64,000 nucleotides of DNA, taken from positions 20,276,001-20,340,000 of the forward strand of contig CM119372.1 of NCBI GenBank assembly GCA_051294905.1, read 5' to 3'. Both the position numbers and the translations under genes were made by a program. The notes beneath the pieces are model-generated. The model did not search any database, was not told the origin of the DNA, and saw nothing but the letters and a program-made list of their open reading frames with translations. This DNA comes from Botryllus schlosseri (lineage: Eukaryota). Of the stretch, positions 24,933-39,295 are shown piece after piece (within the stretch, counting starts at the first letter, position 1; each line of letters starts with the position of its first letter).

Positions 24933-26223
24933 CAGAGGTGGTCAAAGTAGTCAGGAAATCTACTTAAGTAGAAGTAGAAGTAGCGATGAAAAATCTACTC
25001 AAGTAACAGTAGAAGTACTTCTTCCAAAAGCAACCTAAAACTACTTGAAGTAGAAGTAGAATTGACTGACTTTAAAAGTACTCAAGTAAGTAAGTAGTTG
25101 TGAAAACGATCCTAATTCGTTCACATGGATTGTAAAAAGGTGCAAATTGAGCTATGCGAAAGGTGACGAGCTTGATTCATATTGAATTATTGATGCATAC
25201 CAACAGGTATCCAATTTTCGATAGCATAAGCATTCATCCACATCATGATAGTATTGATATGAAAATGCGATGCTAATCCTCTGTTTTCTCGAACAGCACG
25301 TTTCAGAAAATAAAACGCTACGGCGCCCTCCGCCATATTATAAGGCCCGTAGTTTAGTCGAAGAGCAATGCGGAGAAGTTTTAAAGGATACGCTGTAAAC
25401 AATTTGCGCGATTAGTAAACGTTAATACAAAATATGGTGGACCGTAAAAATGCCATATTGTGTAGCTTTTTTTCCGGAAATTAAAAGCATTACACTTGCT
25501 TTTATAATTCAACATGTATGTTATCCGGAAAACAGAACTGATATTAATTATAACTCAAAGTATATGATACTGCGAATTTAAAGTAAAATATAAATACTAC
25601 TTCTAAAAGTGGAACATGTATTTCATGCCTTTAGTCCAGAAAGTTTCAAAGGTGGTATGCTAAAACAGCTCTAAAACTACAACAAAAAGTAAGAGTCCAC
25701 TTTTCCAGATTAGGACACGCCATGGACATTCTAGATTACGATATGACAAGTAAATGCTAGATTGCAAAACATCAGTTTCAAAAGTTATGATGAGCCATAT
25801 ATACCGTGATGAATTATTTCATATGGGCGAAGGGTGACTTTGTGGTGTAAACGCAATCACGCCAATCCGCGACCTAAATTATATTCACCGATACTTTCGT
25901 GAAATCATACTGGCCACTCTATATCCACTGCGCGCGAAGCTCGACGAAAATTCTTCGCTTTACTCAACTTTTATAAAAATTAAATGTTGATACACCGAGA
26001 AAACAGCCCCGAAATTTCTCAGGCTATCTTCCTGATTGGAAGATTGAACTACTTCTACTTGACAAACCGAAAATAGCGAAAAGTAAGTAAGTAGATCACA
26101 AAATATTACGACGTAGAAGTAGAAGTAGCGAAAATCAGATCTACTTGAGTAAGTACCAGAAGTAGAGGAAAACTACTTGAGTACTTCGAAAAAGTAGAAG
26201 TACTTCGTTACTGACCACCTCTG
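24933..26223. mobile_element. hAT-type MITE with AAGTAG-rich subtermini
   Basis: TIR CAGAGGTGGTCA / TGACCACCTCTG. Related fragments at about 23090-23620, 32700-32800 and 49435-49521. Confidence 0.75.
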
Positions 26224-26875
26224 CAGTTTTGCATTCTCATCTCGGAAACGGAATGAAGTCACAATGCTTATATTCAAACTTGCAATAGATTCAATTTAGT
26301 TTGTTTCTGTACCAAGATTGTTACGATCACTCATCGATTGAACTAAAGCCTATTTTGATCAAACATGCGATACCTACCGAGCGATCAACCTAATTCCTGA
26401 ATTGTGAATGTAGCCTCGGGGATACCTTATTACAGTCACACTATAAGGCCTAACTATGCAGATCTGAAAGTGTTACGAATGTCAAGTTCTATTGACATCG
26501 TCAATAGTAAGGTACCTGCATTGCTACTGAAACATTGTGTTTAGAGTGACATTGTCAGTGCGTCTAGAGAAGGATATACTATATGTATAGCTGCCAGACA
26601 GGTCGCTTTTGGTTTTTCCAGTGTGTTCAACATCCCACTTGGAAATGCGTATATTCCAGATTAATTTAAAGCCTTTGCGAACGTATGTGCAAATGCAGGT
26701 TAGTGTTTTTACATAACAAAAATTAGATGCTTATCATCTGTTGGTCTTTTGCACCACAGCCAAAGATTGCGTACCAAACGCAAGTATTACCTTGCGAATG
26801 CTGCAAAAATGTTATAGAAGCCTAGCCCAGGCGTGTTCAACCTTTTTACTGTACCCAGCCACAATTCGATTACAC

Positions 26876-29010
26876 CATAGTGTCCTATATGGTGTCGACA
26901 CAAGCAAATCGCACGGTTCAATGAAATTGTATCACGTCACAGTTTCCATTTGGCTACAGGCAATTTGACGGTGATTTTTGACCGACTTGCCGAGCATTAA
27001 ATTTGATGAATCGGGTATCAATCGAAAGCTGACTCTGCACTGATTACGAAAATATAAATTTTATTCCACTCATGGCCCTGGAACCCCCACAATCTGCCCC
27101 AAATTATTCATTGTCGAGTAGATTGGCAGTGTGACGCAACAAGGATGTCTGGCGAAACGAGAGACTAGCTCAAGAGCAAGGATGCGGCCGAGCAGCGAGA
27201 GTGGGATCAGCTGACGTCGCGGCAATAGCTATGTGCAATCGCGTCGCAGAGAAACGCTGCGCTGTAGATACTTTTTCTATTTGCTTCGGTACAAGCGAGC
27301 ACGCCTTATCAGCCTTTCCTTGACTTTTAAGGGTAGAACTGGGTCCACAGAATGTATTTGGTCCCTACCAATTTTCGCGCAATGTCCTTAAGCTGATAGA
27401 GATATGTAGGCTACGTCTAAGTGGTCTACATTGGATATGTCAGATTATTATGATATCGATTGCCTTAGCCCGCTTGTTGCGTAGGGCTCCAGAGATGCGT
27501 TGTGCTGTGGATACTTTTTCTATGCGCTTCGCTAAAAGCGAGCACACACCAGCCTTTCCTTGACTTGTAATGGTAGAACTGGGTCCACAGAATGTATTTG
27601 GTCCCTACCAATTTTCGCGCAATCCTTCGGCTGTTAGAGATATTTCTAGTAAGAAAAATATACTTTCAAGTAATAAGATTCACTCAAGACAGCAAATTTA
27701 GATAATGTAAATACATCATATTGTAGTAATACAACTACAGTGTTGAGTTTTCACTCTGGTCCCCATAAGCACCACGTCGGTGACCTTGCCAAATTCCGAG
27801 AAGGCGAAAAAGTGCAAACTCTGTTGGGCCGAATGGACAATGGACATTCAGTTATTCACAGATGCGAAAAAAATACTGCAAATCCGTTTTACGTAAGTTA
27901 CATTAGGAATATATATACAGGCTACAGAATGAATATAATTCAAATATCTGTGATACCACTGTATTACTTTTGACGCAAAAGGTCCCCGGCATTCAAAAAA
28001 ACTATTTGGTGATTGAAAAATGCTAAACCAAATTCCAACGTCAACGTCAACGTCACGTTTATAGTGATATCAGATATATTCCAGTGAAAAACAAAGGTAT
28101 GAATTTGGTGGTAACATTTTGCAATCATTTGGCAGGTATGGCCCGCAAGCTTTCTAGTAACGGATTGAATCCGGACAGCGATACCAGTTTAATTCGACAC
28201 TCCTGCTGTTAAACTTTATTCAACAATCAACATTTTACCTGCTGCATTCGCGGACAAAGTCCTACCCATACGGATCAAATAAAAGCTTATTGTAATGTAT
28301 GCTCATATGCTCAATGCTCCTTGTTCACACTTACCATAAAAGCGACTATAGAAAGTATCGACACCCGCCATCAACAGCGCGACGTGTCTCTGGAGCCCTA
28401 CGCAACAAGCGGGCTATGGCAATCGATATCATAATAATCTGACATATCAGATGTAGACTACTTAGACGTAGCCTACATATCTTTATCAGCTGAAGGATAT
28501 TGCGCGAAAATTGGTAGGATCCAAATACATTCTGTGGACCCAGTTCTACCCTTACAAGTCAAGGAAAGGCTGGTGTGTGCTCACTTGTACCGAAACGCAT
28601 ATAAAAAGTATCAACAGCGCAGCGTTTCTCTGTGGCGCGGTTGCACAATGCACATTGCTATTGCCGCGACGTCAGCTGATCCCACTCTCGCCGCTCGGCC
28701 GCATCCTTGCTCTTGAGCTAGTCTTTCGTTTCGCCAGACATCATTGTTGCGTCACACTGCCAATCTACTCAACAATGAATAATTGGGGGCTGATTGTGGG
28801 GGTTCCAGGGCCGCGAGCGGAATAAAATTTATATTTTCGTAATCAGTGCAGAGTCAGCTTTTGATTGATATCCGATTCATCAAATTTAATGCTCGACAAG
28901 CCGGTCGAAAATCACCGTCAAATTGCCTGTAGCCAAATGGAAACTGTGACGTGATACAATTTCATTGAACCGTGCGATTTGCTTGTGTCGACACCATATA
29001 GGACACTATG
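26876..29010. mobile_element. P-superfamily-like foldback element with ~620-bp inverted arms
   Basis: CATAGTGTCCTATATGGTGTCGACAC ... GTGTCGACACCATATAGGACACTATG. Arms at 26876-~27495 and ~28386-29010. 7-bp TSD ATTACAC (26869-26875, 29011-29017). Confidence 0.8.
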
Positions 29011-30072
29011 ATTACACATATAGATACGGCCGCATCCCAGCGAAGCCTCTAGAAGTTGAACACTACCCATACCCATCACCACATCCGTGAGAATATAAAC
29101 GCATAAACTATATATTCGTTCGATTTATATCATACAAGAATGATAGTAAATGTGAGCACTGCGCACTGGAAAGCACTGGGCCGTCTAAGAAACAAATAAG
29201 ATACGCATCTATTTGGTTAATCTATTGATACTGCGACAGCGTAAGCTGTGATCTTTCCGTTTGCGGTCAATTTATTTGTGATGTAACAATGGCGAATTAG
29301 TGAAACGTACAAACAGTAAATGACTGGTTGCTCTCACAAGTGACACCGGCGTATCGCGAACAGCCAGAACACACATAAGATCACCCTGATTTAATTAACA
29401 CCGTTTACCTAAAGACTTGAAATTGACTCGTAAATTTTGCTCCGAGTTACGAGTCAATCCACACTTCTGAAGTGCCGAGTCAAGTCAAGTCAAGCCAAGT
29501 CATACGAAAAAGATGACTCGAGTCATCCCAACACTGGTCCGCACCATATAGGACACTATGATGAAACCTTTGACAATGCTTGGGCCTTGAAGTCAGGCTA
29601 CTACGTCAGCAATAAAATAAACATCACGATGAAAATTTAACTTATCGCTGTCTTGGGGAAATATCTTAAGAAAAAGTATTGCCATGTCGCTCCGAAAATT
29701 ACATTTATAGTGCGCATTATGTTTACTTGAAGCTTTCGCGGGCCGCACAAAACGGTGTTCCGGGCCGCATGCGGCCAGCAGGCCGTAGTTTCCCCACCCC
29801 TGCCCTAGGGTGTACGAAACACCCGGTTGAAGAGCCCTGACTTGTAGTATCTTCCAGGCTATCCAATCGCAGTAAAAACATTAGTATAGCTGTAGCAGTA
29901 GCTTGGTAAAGATATGAGTGAAATCGAATGATCAATTATATTCAAATATATCTAATTATCAAAAATCATCAAATTATTTTGAAACACCCATTGTGGTATA
30001 ACTAATGAACGTCTCTCTCATTGTTACACCCTATATATACAGAGTGATAACCTGATAACTTATCGTTCTTCA

Positions 30073-33000
30073 ATGTTCCAATGTGATGACGTATTGAGGA
30101 ATAGCGCGAAGCGTTCATTGAATTCCGTAATACTTTTGACGAAGTTGACCGTTGCTTTTACGGTGATCAATTGCGTAGTGGTGTTGGTGGAATACATCGA
30201 TGTCGATTTCAAAAGAATACCAGCCGACCAGCAAACCTACCACCTGGAGCTAAGCAAGAGACCGAAGGAACGGCTTTCCTCTTTTATTATTAGAGGCGCG
30301 GAAACAAAATATGTGACACTTGGGCAAACAATCCAAGGAGGGTGAGATATGCCATCTATTATTTTAAATATAATTGTTTAGGGTAAAAGGATTACTGGTT
30401 CTTATCGCCGCGAACGGCCTGGTGCATGCACCACATGCAAACGCAACAAAAGAGCACAAGAGGGAATCTTCACCATCATTTAAATCAGGGACGGGCAACA
30501 TACGGCCCGCGACGCGATTTTGTGCGGCCCGCAAACAGTTTGTCGTCGCACATGATTTTGTGGCCCGCGGCCACAGTCTGCCCCAATTCGCTATCATACA
30601 ATGTATAATATACATGCTTGCTACGTCAAATTATAGTGACTGTAGTTTATTCTTTCTTTTTTCCGGACACCAATAATATGAATATACTATTCATTTGTAC
30701 ATCAATAATAGTGATAGTTAGTTATTGTTTAGTTCTTCAATCGGTAGTGACCGGAATGAAGGAGAAACATAATGTATTCATGTGTGGGCGGGAAATGTCC
30801 GTTACGGCTGTTAAAAAAACAATGTACACAAAATGACTCGAACATGAACAGCCTGTTAAAAGTACAAAATCATTAAACTATATTTTTCACACAAAAAAAC
30901 ATTATAATTAATATTTATTTTAAATCAGTATGACTTATGGTGTTCATAGCTCAGAAATGCGAAGCTTTACCTTGGAAAGTGTCATCGTATTGTTCGGTCG
31001 AAACGCAACAGAATGATACCAATTTCCTAATTGAAAAGTAGCTTATAAAGATTGGGATAGGATTTGCATTTCAGAAGGTCAACGTTTCGATTTTGAGCCC
31101 CAGCCTCCCCTCTGTACGCTACTGCACACGACGTACCATAGCAGCAGACACAATTTGACTACTAATCGGACCTAATTACCTGTAGCCCATGATGGCCAAG
31201 AACGGCGTATCATTACAAATCATAAGTGAGAGTTCAGTGTGTCATCTCTTGACGTCCGTGGAGCCCCTGAGACTGGCCAACGGTTAAGAACTACTGCCCT
31301 AGACCATGTTTCTGGTTGCGCCTTCCCGCGACGAAACGCAGTGGCGCATCCAGCCAGCCAACTGTTATATGGTCGACAAGAAAGATCATCGCTCTGTCTT
31401 TTCATTGAATCGCAGTGTTGTGGTATTTCATTGTTGAAAATGGTCCCTCTCAAAATTTCTCTTCTGGCTACCCCCCTCAATTGATCACTGCATTGTAGCG
31501 TGTTCAATGTTCATTTTACAGTCGAGTTAAACAAATTTCGCTCTCTTTCTAACTCAAGTTCTCTGTCCTGCGGTGTGTATAGAGGTCCCAACGATACTTG
31601 TATATTACAGGAAAAGTGATGTGGATCCGGATTTTGATCCGAAGGGTATGTTAAAATAGGCTACTAGGCCTACATATATTCCAATCATTATTAGTACTGA
31701 TGTTGCTGGTTATTTGTTCTCATTCAGACTTTCGTGATGTATTTTTGAGCGTGCGCACAACGAACAAATTTCATAAAACAAGATTGACCATACTATTGGA
31801 TACCTGGATGCAGTTCGTCCCTACCAGTGTTTGGATATTCACCGGTATACTTCTCTTTCTCTTCTGAATGGCTATGAGTCTATCTATAATATTTAGCGAT
31901 CGTTGTGAACCCCAGGAACTGGGAAATCTTAGGGTCAAGGGATCCATATATTTTCAATTGTACTTCTCAAAGAGCGATGTAACAATTTCAATGATCGGTG
32001 GCGTCACAACTGATGAAATGTGACGTCATGTCCGCACAAAATCGATTTTCATTATATGATATTCGTCATGTTCGCCATATTTCCTAATGCCTCTAATAAA
32101 GATGTCAACTTTTTTGTTGTAAATGTTATGGAAAATATTGTTCCATTTAGTCAGAATTGTTTCGCCTGCCGATTGAAATTATCTGGCAGGCCGAATCAGA
32201 GCCAACAGCGCAGTGCATAAAACTCGACTTTTATAAAAATACACCAGCCAAGGCTGTGTCAACAAAAAGAGTTCGCGTACCATCTAAAAATAGTACATTG
32301 AACGCTCTCGTATTCAACATTTCATGTTGGTGACGTCATATTTTGTGATATGATTATTGATATACGATGTTCTTTTGAATTCTCTACTAGTTGCTGACGA
32401 TTACCCCTGACGAGTGTCAGCCGAAAATATTCAGGTTCATTTCAATATGAATATACTATTCAATTGTATAGTGAAGTTCTGTACCTCCAAGAAGCTGTTC
32501 AAGTACACTTGTATAAGTATATAACCACACTTAAAGTGAAAGTAGAAAATGAAGGTAACCGACGCAAAATATCGAATGACACTAATAAGTGCAATTTCCG
32601 AGAATATCTTCAGTTACCGTGATATAGGAGCTTCTTCACCCAGTATTGTCAGGAATTTCACTCATAATAGGGATGCAAATATATCCCAAAATTACTTTTT
32701 ACTTTGCTAAATACAAAGTGTGAAAAACCACTAAAGTAAGTGTAGTGCAAGTAGTCAAAAGCTACTCCGAAAAAGTAAAAGTAATGCGCTACTGGCCACC
32801 GTTAGTCGTACACCGTTGTACCTTCTTTTAAGATATTATTAGCACTTGATCTTCATCTAATACGCCGTCTTATTTACGTGTATCACCTGTATAATGCACG
32901 CCCAGTCGCTCCCTTTTACTATGAGCTTTCATCAAAACTACTTCAATCTTGTTAGCGTAGTATCAAAAACCAATATTTTTATTGGATTGTCACTCGTGCC

Positions 33001-36000
33001 GACCATATAGGTGTTCTAAAAAATGATACGCCCATACCTGTCGAATCGAATGCAAATTTATGATATCATCCCTATTATTCACAGACAAGAATGACACATG
33101 GTTATCGGAATACATACTGAAATCATACCACAACGATAGACCAAACGTAATCGAAACTCTCTGTCCGACGAGTACGGAAGAGAAGTACGCACTGGCGTGT
33201 AAAATGTACTGGGAGTATCAGAGTTTTCTTTCCTCGCGAAGGGTAAGCCGGAAAAAAAAAATTAATTTTGTCTCCTATATTTTTCTATATTTATTGACAT
33301 AGGGACAATCGGCAGCCCAAAGTCCAAAAACTATTCAGTCAATTTCTGTTACGAGTTCCCGGGAATATTCTGCTGTCACGCTGTTGTCGCCGGGACAGAT
33401 CCATTGCTTTAGCAGGGGAAAAAGCAGGGTTGCATTTAAAACAAAAAACAATTTAAATCAAACGTGTTTAAAACAAGGCCCTTGTTTAAAACATGTTTTT
33501 CTTGTTGTTTTTTAGCCATGACGTCACGAATATTTAATTGTGACGCCACAGTGGATTGGCATTTACAATTGAAAATGTTAGGTAAATATTGCTCCTTCGA
33601 CGAAAAGGGATTCCAATCACTGTTATCAACAGACCGAAAATATCTTTAACCAGGACTTCATCGTTATTCAGCATTTTTACGGTCGGCGGTCATCATCATC
33701 AGAACACACATTACGTACCAATGATCTATATCTACATGCAGAAACTGTTGAACCGACGACGATTTCGAGGGTTCCAGCCACCCCACATCGTATACGTCGA
33801 CTATTTTGGGTGCAAATCGTCCGTAGGCCCATGCTACATGATTCTTTGGTTGTATTTCCACAATTACGGCATAACTAGACGTTTGAAAAAATTTCAAAAA
33901 GGCATTTGTTTAAAACACTGTTTAAAAATGTTTTAAACAATAAAGAGTTGACAACACCGTTTGTTTTAAATGCAACTCTAGAAGCAACCAACTATGATTA
34001 AATGAAATAGGACATTAGCAAGCTGTATCGTTTCGGTTGTTCGCCAAAAATTCTCAATATCCCGACTACGTATTCCCACAGAGCTGGTTCTGTCATTTCG
34101 ATGACGACGCATACGTCAATGTACGCATGCTCTTGCGTGTCTTGAAACAATTTTCGAAGCATCAATCGGTCTATCTCGGAAAGTCTCCTTCGCGAAAGCC
34201 AGTTACGGCGATGGTCTACGAATCTGCCAAGATCGAGCCAGAGGTATGAACCATGAACTTACTGCATTGGAATATAAAATCGGCAGTTGCAACTCTTCGC
34301 TGACAAGTCAAAGCAAGCAATCACATGATTCGCGTTCTATGCATTAAAACCCACGTTGGGTTAGCAGTGGGTTGGGTCCGTAAACGTTTGAGATTTGCTG
34401 TAAATCCTGTACATAATTTTCCGAGCAGCTCCATTCCTCTGTCAGGTCCTTGGCAAGAACGAAACCAGCGATGAACCAATCTGGTTCATGCGACAGAGAC
34501 TCCAAAGACGGGTCTCCTTTCACTACGCCCTCGGCGGTGCAGGATTTTGTATTTCAAGAAAACTTGCGATTGCAATGAAGCCACACGCCACTGCGCCACA
34601 GTTCATAAGAACTGTCGCCTCCATTGCGCTGCCAGATGATTGTGTCGTAGGATTCATTATCACTCACATTCTTAATGTTTCTCTCATTAGCGCAGACTTT
34701 TTTCATGCGCACTTGGAAGATCTTCAAGCGATTCAAGAACCCGATCTTCTAAGTCAGGTATGTATAATTCCCTTCTTACTTAAATTATAGTGTCTCTTCT
34801 TGAAGCAGACCATGGTAATTAGTTAAAATATAATTTTTACGAAATACGATATGAGATTGATCTACAGACATACTTTAAACTAGGAATAGTGGCCTATGAA
34901 TGATGGCACGAGGACATTATCTTATCTATAAACCAGTGGTGGGATTACTCGAGTCAGACTCAAGTCACCTTTTTCTTATGACTTGACTTGACTCGAGTCA
35001 CTTTGCTAAAATGACTTGACTTGACTTGACTCGGCGTATCAGAAATGTGGATTGACTCGTGACTCGGAGCAAAATTCACGAGCCAATTTCGAGTCATCAA
35101 GCAATCGATGTCGATAAAAATCATTGTGTCTTGCATATGTTCGGATTGTATACGCGAAACACTGGTGTAACCCGTGAGAGCGACCAATCATTCAATGATC
35201 GCGCGTTTTACTGAGCCTCCATTTTTCTCACACAAATAAATTGATCGCACACGAAGTGATCGAAGCTTACAGCTTATGCTGTCGTAAACTATAGTCTAGT
35301 AAAGTAATGTAATAGCAAAATGTCTATTTCTGTTCTCTGTTCTTAACTTAACCAAACCTCTTGATTTATTGAAATTGAATTCCAATATAGTTTATGTAGT
35401 CCTCAACCATTAGCGCGAGCTGGAATTGTATCATATAAATTTGTAACTGGGTAATGGATTGCTTCTTATCAGTTCGTTTCTCTATTCTCTATTTTGGCTG
35501 GTAACTATAATCCGAGGCTATGCTATTACTTACGTAGTTTAGCATTTCTACGTATATGTGAGCAATGAAGCACCCTCTTGCGTTCATATTTTACTCTATA
35601 TTCGTTCATGAATCCAGAATCAGTGGCCACTCAAACTGTATTTCTGACAGCTAGCAAAATGCAATGACGCAAGCATGCCTCATACTTCGAAAAGGCAACT
35701 TGACTGGAATTGTGACTTGACTCGTGACTTGACTTGACTTGACTTGACTCGACTTGACTCGAGTAACCTCCAAAAATCGAGTTACTTGACATGACCAGAG
35801 TCACCTTCGAAAATCGATTGACTTGACTTGACTCGAGTCAAAATGTGCAATGACTCGAAATGACTCGTGACTCGAAGGTAGTGACTTGATCCCAATACTG
35901 CTTTACATATATATGCTACCGTATGCGTATGATGTTACCCTTGATCAAAAGTCATTTCGGAATCACGAAGGTTCAACTATACGATTTCCACTGTTTGATG

Positions 36001-37466
36001 TTTTAGCGAGCGAATGTTTTTTGTTAGTTATTGTATTGTCCCAGTTAACCAACGCGAACCTGATAAAATTTTCATGACAGCAATGGTTACGGGTAGGCTT
36101 CCTAACCTATATTCGCCTACCATATACTATACGGAAAATGATCCACGTTGTTTGGTAATGTTGACGTATACATATTTAAGTATACCCATCAGCAGGGATA
36201 TCACTGCCTATCCGTAAATGTTCATATGTTCCTATCACTTGTCGGAGTAATGATTATGGCTAGATCCAGGACCGTAACAGCACTTCGTCACCCCCCCAAA
36301 ACGTTCATCTACGCGGAAAATTTCTATTACTCATGATTGAATCGGCAATATGATTGGGAATTGCATATATATTGCTATAAATTTCTTATCCTCTCTCTGT
36401 TCACTTAATCAGATTTACCGGAAAAGGTAGGACCCAAAAATAATAATTAAACATCTTCGGGCGGACCCGTTGGTATAATGAGTTCGTTACATGATGCTAT
36501 TTCGTGACCTCCTATCATCTGCTATGTCAAAAGATATTGAAATCGCCCATACCTACTAAACGAAATGACGCACACGGTTTTAAATTGGTATTTCTTTACT
36601 GGCAAATAATTTTTCCCTGCGGGATGACATTTGTCTTGTGGGGTTAAGATCGCCAGGACCGGCATATTCAGCTCCAGCCATTTATATAGGCGCCTATGGA
36701 CAATTGAACATATATGTATAATTATATATTATACATTGTATATATATCGACGTTTCGGTCAGGACAGACCTTTTCGGCCACGGTCTTCTCGCTGATAATC
36801 GTTCATGCACAATTGTTGGAGTCCCATATGTGTTGGTGCTGTTTGGCACGGTAATGGCCTACGCTCAAGTGCCCATTTCCATAAATCATGCGTATTTTTG
36901 TTTGGGGAAGGGTAGCTAATAAAGAAGATAATTGGCAATATCAAATCGCGCGCAGCGCGAAAAATTATTAGAAAAAGTTGCCTAAATTTCCAAAGAAATA
37001 CTCTACAATTTATGTTAATTCATGAATTAATTTTGGGCCCCTTCGAGCTCATTGGGGGGTTTGGCGTGAGACAGTTACGGTAGTGGCTGGATCGTATTCT
37101 ACACACAATTGTCACTGGTATTCGAATCTTACACTTTTACAGATTACACTTTTACTTTTACAGATTTCAATAAGCTATCGCATCCCTGGCGATTACCTCA
37201 GCGGCAATTTTGAAAACACTGCTTTCTTCAACGGAAATTCTTCAGTGCCGACCACTTACCTCTCGCTTCGAACTCGAAATAACATCATCAACATCAAAGG
37301 AGAATATTCACCGGAATCGGATCCGACTAGATTTTACAGCTATCACGAACGTTTGGATCGGATTATCAAACGGAATTCCTCATTATCGCCAAATGCACGA
37401 ACGCTGCATAAATCCGTCGCAATGACCGGCAATAACAGGCAGCATTTTGATTTAAAAGACAATTAA
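30073..37466 (+). CDS. fng: Fringe-family beta-1,3-N-acetylglucosaminyltransferase (GT31), 7 exons, 451 aa
   Basis: Exons 30073-30341, 31611-31645, 31728-31844, 33085-33242, 34082-34243, 34446-34757 and 37164-37466. All introns are GT-AG and phase-compatible, 1356 nt in total. N-terminal hydrophobic anchor; motifs DVFLSVRTT..FHKTRL...LDTW, ALACKM, WFCHFDDDAYVN, GGAGFCIS, LPDDC, FHAHLE, DPTRF. AATAAA at 37493. Exons 1-2 are less certain than exons 3-7. Confidence 0.88.
32403..32436 (+). ncRNA. Minimal hammerhead-ribozyme-like motif in a Penelope pLTR fragment within a fringe intron
   Basis: ACCC-CUGACGA-G-UGUCAGC-C-GAAA-AUAU-UC-AGGU, with one stem I mismatch. Confidence 0.5.
33425..33980. mobile_element. 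hAT-type MITE (same family as 8408-8822), intronic
   Basis: CAGGGTTGCATTTAAAACAAA ... TTTGTTTTAAATGCAACTCTA. Confidence 0.75.
34934..35900. mobile_element. GACTCGAGTC-rich hAT-type MITE, intronic
   Basis: CAGTGGTGGGAT ... ATCCCAATACTG, collinear with 42178-43047. Confidence 0.8.
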
Positions 37467-39059
37467 TATCGAACAGCGTCTAACACACTGCTAATAAAAT
37501 ACCGTAAAATATGTAGAGATATTTACAATATCTTTAGTGTTGATATATAAGGCTCTATAGTCTCATCTATACTATAGACATATAATAATAGCTTAATAGT
37601 AAATAATAATGACTTAATAATAATAGTTTCCGGTAGATAACAAAAGGTCAATGTGGAATATTGCAACGTTAATGTCGTATTTAACGTTTTTATGTATCGT
37701 TTGACAACGTTATTGAACAATTTGGGCGTTTTAGCCAGTTTGGCCCTTTCGGCCCCTTTTTCGACACTGCTTGGCCCTTTTTCTCAAAAGCTGTCTGGCA
37801 ACCCTGGTATGCGTCAGCTATGTCGGGTGGTAATTGTCCGTAGGCTAATACAACATGTTTTTTGTCAATTATTCACACAATTATGGCATGATTTTACAAC
37901 TTACAAAAAACAGTTTTTTTCGAAATGCCTTTGTTTAAAATACTGTTTAAAACATGTTTTAAACAAACTGTTTTACACAACCGTTTGCTTTAAACGCGAC
38001 CCTATCCCCGACACTCCCTGGCTGCACCCGTTCAATTATGTACATCACTGCGCTATTTATAAGCTTGCCACAGGAAGTACCAATTCAAGATGTCTGGGCT
38101 GTCGCGGCGTTTTACTCCAGAATCATTTTTGACAGATGTCGCAAGCTGAACACATGTTAACTCCACCCTGTTTTAGTCCATAAGGAATCAATAAGTCCAC
38201 TAGCAAAGGTGAAATTCGTTGGTTAGTAAAGGATGAAGAGAAACGTTTGCTTATGACATCACAAAAGGCAAGTAATTTACAAGTTTCATACAGTTGATAT
38301 GAACAATGAACGTTGTGCTATTTTGTACATCCGATCAACCTGTTCTGAAGCATAAACCAGAGTATTTATTGTGATATCTAGTGATCTGTCCATTGCAATA
38401 CGGATCTGGTACACCCCACTACACCCCATCCGAAAGGTAAACCCTTTAAAAAATCACGGTACACCCCGGGGTGTAAAATACACCCGGTTGAAGAGCCCTG
38501 CTCTAGCAATAGCACACATTATTTGCCAGGCGCGCAGGCATCTCGAAAATTTGAAACTTTCCATTTCTGTCCAACAACTCAAGTGAGCTTCAAAATCTCA
38601 GGCTTATTATTCTTGAGTGTAGACTACTCGGTAAATATTACCTAGTTCCTCATAATGGATACTTTTATTTGTATACTTGATTACTACAGTTATTCGGGGC
38701 AGCAACCGATTCCAATCACATTCAGGCCTACACGCAGTCAATGCCGTAGCAGTCACTTCGCGGTTCTGCCTCAGCACCGGGGGCGGCAGGCTGCAAGGAG
38801 CGGCAAAATAGGCTGCACGTGCACAGTGCACAGTACTGTACACAGCACGGAGAGATGGCTAATCATCATGAGCTAATTTGCTACAATCCATACTGGAATC
38901 AGTGATTGTTTTCGACAATATGTTGCGCGTGACAGAAGGATTGTTCGCATGACCATCCGCGGAACTAAAAATCACCACGTTTGATGGTAATGCAACAGCG
39001 TCTGATGATAAACAGTGGCTAGCTAAATACCATAGCTACTTCACAGTTTACACCATATT

Positions 39060-39295
39060 TGTGCCTGAAACTGTATCTTACCATTGGTATTTCAATTGCC
39101 AGCTGTGAGAGGTGTTGTCAATGCTCAAAATGATAAAGTCGCAATTACGTTCTGCCATGAATAATGATCGGCTATCATCTCTACCGATTCTTTCTATATA
39201 AAGAGACTACGTTTAAAAACTTAATTTCGAAGATATTATCGCTGTTTTCGCTTCGGCGAAAGCTCGAAAAGTTCAATTTCGAGGCGGCAATTAAT
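39060..39295 (+). mobile_element. hAT transposase C-terminal dimerisation-domain remnant
   Basis: LKLYLTIGISIASCER / LKMIKSQLRSAMNNDRLSSL..LSI / LNFEDIIAVFASAKARKVQF, with stops and a frameshift. Confidence 0.8.

Noticed and set aside
31521..31572. Possible extra fringe exon after the TTTTACAG at 31520
   Set aside because: The phase required by exon 1 contains a stop, and exon 1 already joins 31611 in frame.
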